A stretch of 32,000 bases of DNA from Candidatus Poribacteria bacterium. Its GTDB lineage: Bacteria; Poribacteria; WGA-4E; UBA9662. The position numbers were made by a program, and so were the translations under genes. Location of the stretch: positions 38,516 through 70,515 of the forward strand of contig PAQF01000086.1 of the NCBI GenBank assembly GCA_002709695.1, read 5' to 3'. The notes under the pieces are model-generated. The model was not told the DNA's origin, did no database searches, and was given only the letters and a program-made list of their open reading frames with translations. This document shows, in pieces, positions 26,333 to 32,000 of this stretch (its first letter is position 1; every line of letters begins with the position of its first letter).

Positions 26333-29300
26333 AGTTTTGAAGTCTGGAGGAAAAATTTTGTTTATACAAGGCTATTATCGTTTTCCAACCATTCACCAGG
26401 AGCACGTTGTATTTGTGGCAGAAGACGATCTATGGACGGTGGAAACCAATGGAGGTATTGCTCGCCGCCTGACTTCTAATTTAGGAGAAGTCAGCCATCC
26501 TTTTCTATCACCTGATGGTAAATATCTTGCTTTCACAGGGCGTGAAGAGGGACCAGCCGAAGTATTTGTTATGCCTGCGCTTGGAGGTCCATCAAAACGT
26601 TTAACGTATCTTAGCACACAAAATGCAATTGTAAACTGGAAGCCAGATAACCAGACAATTATTTTTTCTAGTAACGCTAAACTACCATTCTCGCGTAGTT
26701 TCCAGCTATTTGAGGTAAGTCGAAACGGTGGAATTTCTCGACCGATGCCCTATGGATCTGCACGAAATATATCTTATGGGAAGGGTGGTGGAGTTGTGTT
26801 AGGCCGATTTACTGCAGATCCAGCACGTTGGAAACGTTATCGTGGTGGGACAGCGGGGATAATATGGATTGATCCGAATAATACTGGTGAATTTCAGCAA
26901 CTCATTGATCTTGATGGTAACCTTGCTAGCCCGATGTGGGTTGGAGATCGTATTTTTTTTCTATCCGATCACCAAGGTATTGGTAATTTGTATTCTTGTT
27001 TGCCTAATGGAGAGGATTTACAGTGTCATACAAACCACCAAGAATTCTATGCTAGATACGCCTCGACCGATGGCAATCGTATCGTTTATCATGCGGGAGC
27101 AGACTTATACGTTTATGATCCTTGTGAAAATAAGAATCAGCTTATTACAATTGACTTCCGAACGCCGCGAATCCAGAGAAATCGGAAATTTGTTGATACT
27201 GCAAGATATTTTGAGGATTATGATCTAGACCCTCAAAATCATTCAGTTTTAATTGTCAGTCGCGGTAAATCCTTTACAATGGGGAATTGGGAAGGTGCAA
27301 TTACCCAGCATGGTAAGCCAGATGGAATAAGGTACCGATTAACTCGATGGTTGAGAGATGGTCTTCGGTTAGTATGTGTAAGTGATGAAAATGGTGAAGA
27401 GTCTCTTGAAATTCACTATGTTCATGAACAAAAGCCACCTGAAAAGCTTGAAGGGCTTGATATTGGAAGACCGGTTTCACTTGATGTCTCACCGAAAGAA
27501 GATCTGGTTATTTTGACCAATCATCGATTCGAATTATTATTGATTGATCTTAAATCTAAGAACGTGACTTTGTTGGATCGGAGTAGTTACGGACGAGTCA
27601 GCGGGGTGTCATGGTCGCCTGATGGCAAGTGGGTTGCTTATGGGTTGTCTTGTACGCAACAGACTTCGTCAATTAAGATTTGTCAAATTGACAGTAGGAA
27701 TGTTTACCAAGTGACCAAGCCGATACTTCGTGATATTAACCCATCGTTTGATCCTGATGGCAAGTTTTTGTATTTTCTTTCTTACCGTGATTTTAGTCCG
27801 GTTTATGATAACCTCCATTTCGATCTTGGTTTCCCACGTGGTATGCGGCCGTTTTTGATAACTCTACAAGCCGATCAGAGATCGCCGTTTATTGCTGAAC
27901 TTAAACCTCTGATTGAACCGGAGGAAAATAAGGGAGAGGATAATTGTGAAGATAATGAAAATGCAGACCAACTGGATGAACCGAATAGTGGTCAAGAGCA
28001 GAAGGAAAAGGAAGGGGATCAGCTAGTCCGTATTGATTTAGCAGGAATTACGGATCGAGTTGTAGCGTTTCCTGTTTCAGAAGAACGTTATGGTCAGATC
28101 GCAGGTATAAAAAATAAAGTCTACTTCACGGTTTTTCCCATACCAGGGAGCGAAGATAAAAGTCGTCTTGAAATGTATGACCTTGAAAAGCATGAAAAAG
28201 AGACAATTTCGAATGATGTATCTAGCTTTAAAGTCAGTAACGATTACAAAATTTTAGCCTATAGGTCAGCTGACAAACTTCGGATAATTAAAGCTGGTGA
28301 GAAACCACCAGATAAAGGAGGGACGACGCGTGTTGGTGGTTGGATTAATCTCAATCGGATCAAAGTCTCAGTTGATCCTGATGCAGAAAGAAGACAGATG
28401 TATCGTGAAGCTTGGCGATTACAAAGAGAACATTTTTGGGTTGAAGATATGTCAGGCGTTAACTGGAATTTGGTTTATGATCGGTATCTACCGTTACTCG
28501 ATCGGGTTACAACTAGGTCCGAATTCTCTGATTTGATGTGGGAAATGCAAGGGGAATTAGGTACATCACATGCTTATGAAAGTGGTGGTGATTATCGGCC
28601 AAATCCACATAAATATGGCCAAGGTTTTCTAGGTGCTGAACTTAGATATGATCAAAGTGATCAAACTTACCAGATCCTGCGTATTCCTCAAGGAGATTCA
28701 TGGTTGGAAGGAAAAGACTCTCCACTGAATAGTCCTGGTATCAACATTAGAGTTGGAGATAAGCTTATAGCTATTAATGGTCGGAAATTTGATCTGGATA
28801 CTTCTCCAGATCAAATTCTGGTTAACCACGCTGATTCAGAAATTATGCTGACGGTAAAAACTGATGATTCGGACGATCCAACACGAACTGTTAGCGTCAA
28901 GGCTATTGGTGATGAACGTTCTGTTTATTATCGACAATGGGTAACTCGAAACAGAAAAACTGTGCATACGAAGACTAAGGGAAAAGTTGGCTATGTACAT
29001 ATCCCTGATATGGGAGTAAACGGTTATGCTGAGTTTCATAGGTCTTATCTTTCAGAGATCAATTGTAGCGCTTTAATTGTTGATATTCGGTGTAATGGTG
29101 GTGGCCATGTATCGCAATTGATTCTTGAAAAGTTAGCTAGAAAACGGATTGGCTATAATTTGCAACGCTGGGGGGCTCCAACACCGTATCCCAGAGGGTC
29201 TGTGTTGGGACCAATTGTTGCAGTTACTGATGAACTAGCGGGATCGGATGGTGACATTTTTAGTCATTGCTTCAAATTAATGAAACTTGGAACGCTTATC

Positions 29301-29603
29301 GGGAAGAGAACTTGGGGAGGGGTAATTGGTATTTCACCGCGTTATGCTCTTGTTGATGGAAGCAAAACAACACAACCTGAGTATTCGTTTTGGTTTCAGG
29401 ATGTGGAATGGGGAGTGGAAAATTATGGTACAGATCCTGATATTGAAGTTGATATTAAACCACAAGATTATATGCAGAATGAAGATCCACAACTTGACAA
29501 AGCAATCGATGAGATACTTGTCCAATTGGAAGAGAATCCACCTAAACATCCCGATTTTGGAAATAAACCAGATTTAAGTTTTCCATTGTCTTTATCCCCA
29601 TAA
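26325..29603 (+). CDS. Tricorn protease homolog (peptidase S41B: tandem beta-propellers, PDZ, C-terminal serine peptidase)
   Basis: 1092 aa. 'YYRFPTIHQEHVVFVAEDDLWTVETNGGIARRLT', propeller blades 'FLSPDGKYLAFTG', 'WSPDGKWVAYG' and 'FDPDGKFLYFLS', PDZ-like 'GDKLIAINGRKF', and nucleophile region 'ELAGSDGDIFSH'. An alternative start is TTG 26358, which lies 6 nt after GGAGGA. Confidence 0.9.
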   Translation: MHEVLKSGGKILFIQGYYRFPTIHQEHVVFVAEDDLWTVETNGGIARRLTSNLGEVSHPFLSPDGKYLAFTGREEGPAEVFVMPALGGPSKRLTYLSTQNAIVNWKPDNQTIIFSSNAKLPFSRSFQLFEVSRNGGISRPMPYGSARNISYGKGGGVVLGRFTADPARWKRYRGGTAGIIWIDPNNTGEFQQLIDLDGNLASPMWVGDRIFFLSDHQGIGNLYSCLPNGEDLQCHTNHQEFYARYASTDGNRIVYHAGADLYVYDPCENKNQLITIDFRTPRIQRNRKFVDTARYFEDYDLDPQNHSVLIVSRGKSFTMGNWEGAITQHGKPDGIRYRLTRWLRDGLRLVCVSDENGEESLEIHYVHEQKPPEKLEGLDIGRPVSLDVSPKEDLVILTNHRFELLLIDLKSKNVTLLDRSSYGRVSGVSWSPDGKWVAYGLSCTQQTSSIKICQIDSRNVYQVTKPILRDINPSFDPDGKFLYFLSYRDFSPVYDNLHFDLGFPRGMRPFLITLQADQRSPFIAELKPLIEPEENKGEDNCEDNENADQLDEPNSGQEQKEKEGDQLVRIDLAGITDRVVAFPVSEERYGQIAGIKNKVYFTVFPIPGSEDKSRLEMYDLEKHEKETISNDVSSFKVSNDYKILAYRSADKLRIIKAGEKPPDKGGTTRVGGWINLNRIKVSVDPDAERRQMYREAWRLQREHFWVEDMSGVNWNLVYDRYLPLLDRVTTRSEFSDLMWEMQGELGTSHAYESGGDYRPNPHKYGQGFLGAELRYDQSDQTYQILRIPQGDSWLEGKDSPLNSPGINIRVGDKLIAINGRKFDLDTSPDQILVNHADSEIMLTVKTDDSDDPTRTVSVKAIGDERSVYYRQWVTRNRKTVHTKTKGKVGYVHIPDMGVNGYAEFHRSYLSEINCSALIVDIRCNGGGHVSQLILEKLARKRIGYNLQRWGAPTPYPRGSVLGPIVAVTDELAGSDGDIFSHCFKLMKLGTLIGKRTWGGVIGISPRYALVDGSKTTQPEYSFWFQDVEWGVENYGTDPDIEVDIKPQDYMQNEDPQLDKAIDEILVQLEENPPKHPDFGNKPDLSFPLSLSP

Positions 29604-29676
29604 TGATTACTTGTCTTTTCTGGAGGGGGTATTCTAGAAATGTAGATTTAACACGACATTTCAATGTGAATCTGGC

Positions 29677-29705
29677 TTGAATTGTGGTCCAAAATTGAGT
29701 ATAAT
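29677..29705 (+). promoter_or_regulatory. Near-consensus sigma70 promoter for the cold-shock gene, giving a long 5' UTR
   Basis: TTGAAT (29677-29682), 17-nt spacer tgtggtccaaaattgag, then TATAAT (29700-29705). The predicted leader is about 190 nt before ATG 29902, as is typical for cspA-type genes. Confidence 0.6.
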
Positions 29706-29901
29706 TCTGGCGGTGTTCAAGATTTATTCGACTGAGATTTTCTGGATATCGTTCATAGTGTAAATGGGTCACAGGATGTTTTAAGTTGTCGGCAGTTCAA
29801 AATTTAGTTACTTCTGTTTGGTAAGTATTTAGTTTTGTAACTTCTACTTCCGAAACTCTATTGAGCATTTACGAGCTTTTTATGGAAGGAGGTGTCAACC
29901 G

Positions 29902-30102
29902 ATGAAAAAAGGTCAAGTCAAGTGGTTTAACGATGCCAAGGGTTATGGTTTTATAGTCACTGATGAGGGACAAGACATTTTTGTCCATTATTCTGAGATC
30001 CAAGGATTTGGGCACAAAACACTTATTGAGGGACAGGAAGTCGAATTTGAGGTTTCGGAGACTGACAAAGGTCTTCAAGCCAGAAATGTTGTCAGATTGT
30101 AA
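29902..30102 (+). CDS. cspA: Cold-shock protein (CspA family, CSD)
   Basis: 66 aa, 'MKKGQVKWFNDAKGYGFI' (RNP1) and 'DIFVHYSEI' (RNP2). GGAAGGAGG lies upstream of the ATG. Confidence 0.95.
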   Translation: MKKGQVKWFNDAKGYGFIVTDEGQDIFVHYSEIQGFGHKTLIEGQEVEFEVSETDKGLQARNVVRL

Positions 30103-30195
30103 GGAAGGTGATATCTGGTTAATTTCCTAACTAATGCAGTTATTAGATAATAGACCGACAGTAATTGAAGTGTTGGTGAAAAGTAAGAGCAGTGT

Positions 30196-30263
30196 TATAA
30201 AGGGCAATCCTAGCAGATGGTGGTTACTGAGATCTGCGGAGAATTGCCCTTTATATGTTTTTT
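30196..30263 (+). terminator. Rho-independent terminator of the csp gene (compound hairpin plus T-run)
   Basis: A 13-bp outer stem (30196-30208 TATAAAGGGCAAT pairs with 30243-30255 ATTGCCCTTTATA) encloses a 6-bp inner stem (GCAGAT 30213-30218 pairs with ATCTGC 30232-30237). T6 follows at 30258-30263. Confidence 0.75.
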
Positions 30264-30455
30264 GTGAGTGGTACCAAAATTGGATTTTCTTGGGTAGAAT
30301 ATTCGAGAGTTGATTCTTTGTAATCTTAATTGTTTCCCCGCAATAATATATTAGGATGTCCTCATCTATGTGGTAAAACGATTGAATTCCGCTGGACCAG
30401 TTTTATATTCCCATGATGTGGAGTTATCACTGAGGGAGGACGGAGAAAGAGAATA

Positions 30456-32000
30456 ATGGAGAAGGGATTATATAATTTCTGCGAAATTGAGGAGCGATGG
30501 CGACGTCGTTGGTTAGAACAAAGAACTTTTTGTACCGATGAGCCAGATGTTGTCGAATCCTCTGAGAAACCTAAATGTTATGTGTTGGATATGTTTCCTT
30601 ATCCAAGTGGGTCAGGATTGCATGTGGGACACCCAAAAGGTTATATTGCTACGGATATATACAGTCGCTACAAAAAAATGCAAGGTTTCCATGTACTACA
30701 TCCAATGGGTTTTGATAGTTTCGGTTTGCCTGCAGAACAGTATGCGATTGAACATGGAGTACATCCAGCAGTGATAACTGAGCAGAATATTGACACGATT
30801 CGTGAACAGCTTCAGTTTTTGGGTCTTGGTTATGATTGGGATCGCGAGATCGCAACGTCACGTGCAGATTATTATCGTTGGACCCAGTGGATGTTCAGGG
30901 AGTTCTTTGAAAGCTGGTTCGATGTCAGTCAGCAGAAAGGACGGCCGATCTCTGAATTGATAACAGAGTTTGATAATAGAACTCGAGAATTATCTGATGC
31001 TGATAGAGACATAATCGGCCTAGGCCGATTATGGGAGGAACTCACTGATGCGCAGAAATCGATGGTATTAAACAACTACCGCATTGCTTATCATAAAGAA
31101 GTGACAGTTAATTGGTGTCCCGAGCTTGGGACCGTGTTAGCAAACGAAGAAGTAACTAGTGATGGTAAAAGTGAACGTGGAAATTTCTTGGTTTATCAAC
31201 GTCCCCTGCGACAGTGGATGATGCGTATAACCGCTTATAGCGAAAGGTTACTGACTGATCTTGATTTAGTGGAATTGCCTGATGGTAAGGGTGGGACTTT
31301 TCAACTTGATTGGCCAGCCTCAATTAAGTTGATGCAAAGAAATTGGATCGGACGTAGCCAAGGAGCAGATGTGAAATTCGATGTTTTATGCCCAGAAACG
31401 GATCAAGTGGTGAATGTGCTGGAAGTTTATACAACACGGCCTGACACGCTTTTTGGAGCTACCTTTATGGTTGTTGCGCCTCAACATCCAATTGTTACGA
31501 AAGGAGCATCCGAATACTTGGTACCGGCCTTCTGTGCCAATCAGGTAGAAACTTACATTGCTAAAACGAAGGAAGAGGTGGAAATTAATCACAATACAAA
31601 AGAAAAAACTGGCATAATGAGTGGTATTTATGCACGAAATCCTGTCAATGGTGAGCAACTACCGATATTTGTTGCTGATTACGTTAGTATGGACTATGGT
31701 TCAGGTGCGATTATGGCAGTACCAGCACATGATGAACGCGATTTTGAATTTGCCCAAAAATATGAGCTACCAATTATTAAAGTTGTTCAAGCTATGAGGG
31801 GTGAAGACGAAGAATGTTTTACAGGTGAGGGAGTTTCGATTAATTCCGGTAATGTAATTGAAAATCCATTTGCAATTACAAGTTTGAGTACACTAGAAGC
31901 CAAGGAAAAGATTATCAAGATGTTGGAACTCTATGGTTATGGTGGAGCATCGGTCAATTATAAATTGCGGGATTGGATTTTCTCTCGCCAGCGTTATTGG
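30456..32000 (+). CDS. leuS: Leucine--tRNA ligase, 5' portion (runs off the window end)
   Basis: Translated by hand from ATG 30456: MEKGLYNFCEIEERWRRRWLEQRTF...YVLDMFPYPSGSGLHVGHPKGYIATDIYSRYKKMQGFHVLHPMGFDSFGLPAEQYA... This gives the HIGH motif 'HVGH' and 'VNWCPELGTVLANEEV'. The frame is open for all 515 codons to nt 32000. An in-frame TGA at 30414 limits any upstream extension. Confidence 0.95.
   Translation, partial: MEKGLYNFCEIEERWRRRWLEQRTFCTDEPDVVESSEKPKCYVLDMFPYPSGSGLHVGHPKGYIATDIYSRYKKMQGFHVLHPMGFDSFGLPAEQYAIEHGVHPAVITEQNIDTIREQLQFLGLGYDWDREIATSRADYYRWTQWMFREFFESWFDVSQQKGRPISELITEFDNRTRELSDADRDIIGLGRLWEELTDAQKSMVLNNYRIAYHKEVTVNWCPELGTVLANEEVTSDGKSERGNFLVYQRPLRQWMMRITAYSERLLTDLDLVELPDGKGGTFQLDWPASIKLMQRNWIGRSQGADVKFDVLCPETDQVVNVLEVYTTRPDTLFGATFMVVAPQHPIVTKGASEYLVPAFCANQVETYIAKTKEEVEINHNTKEKTGIMSGIYARNPVNGEQLPIFVADYVSMDYGSGAIMAVPAHDERDFEFAQKYELPIIKVVQAMRGEDEECFTGEGVSINSGNVIENPFAITSLSTLEAKEKIIKMLELYGYGGASVNYKLRDWIFSRQRYW

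Noticed and set aside
30267-30275. AGTGGTACC upstream of leuS resembles the core of the T-box motif (GGTGGTACC). leuS is T-box-regulated in some lineages.
   Set aside because: It lies after the hairpin and T-run rather than before or within an antiterminator. Only ~94 nt precede the hairpin, which is too short for Stem I-III. No specifier-loop or AG-bulge elements are visible, and the start codon is a further ~190 nt away. The hairpin is better explained as the csp terminator.

Overview
This is a gene-dense chromosomal segment, roughly 90% coding. It comes from an AT-rich bacterium (about 40% GC by eye, not computed) that uses strong AGGAG-type Shine-Dalgarno sites. I cannot place it taxonomically from the sequence alone. 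I call 27 protein-coding genes, two of them cut by the window edges.

Most are housekeeping or general metabolism genes: rRNA pseudouridine synthase, moaB, OGG1-type DNA glycosylase, folA-thyA, aconitase A, cold-shock protein, leuS, tricorn-type protease, an ADHFE1-like iron alcohol dehydrogenase, SDR and Gfo/Idh/MocA oxidoreductases, two GT4 glycosyltransferases, a DegT-family sugar aminotransferase and an MsbA-like ABC exporter. Several genes overlap by 4-11 nt, which suggests translational coupling (HAD/pseudouridine synthase, pseudouridine synthase/TPR, folA/thyA, DMT/tricorn).

I found no rRNA or tRNA genes, CRISPR arrays, transposases, integrases, phage genes or recognisable defence genes. 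I do not see a convincing new multi-gene system, and the region looks largely ordinary.

The items most worth a second look are modest:
- A stand-alone ABC ATPase with the Q-loop Gln, Walker-B Glu and H-loop His all substituted, and no permease next to it.
- An uncharacterised 353-aa protein paired with the ABC exporter, behind a 592-bp non-coding region.
- A perfect 18-bp tandem duplication just downstream of a near-consensus sigma70 promoter, in the leader of the SDR-Gfo/Idh/MocA pair.
- A 12-13-repeat HEAT solenoid with a cysteine at the same repeat position in 8 repeats, encoded directly after folA-thyA.

All functional calls come from motif recognition by eye. No database search was run.
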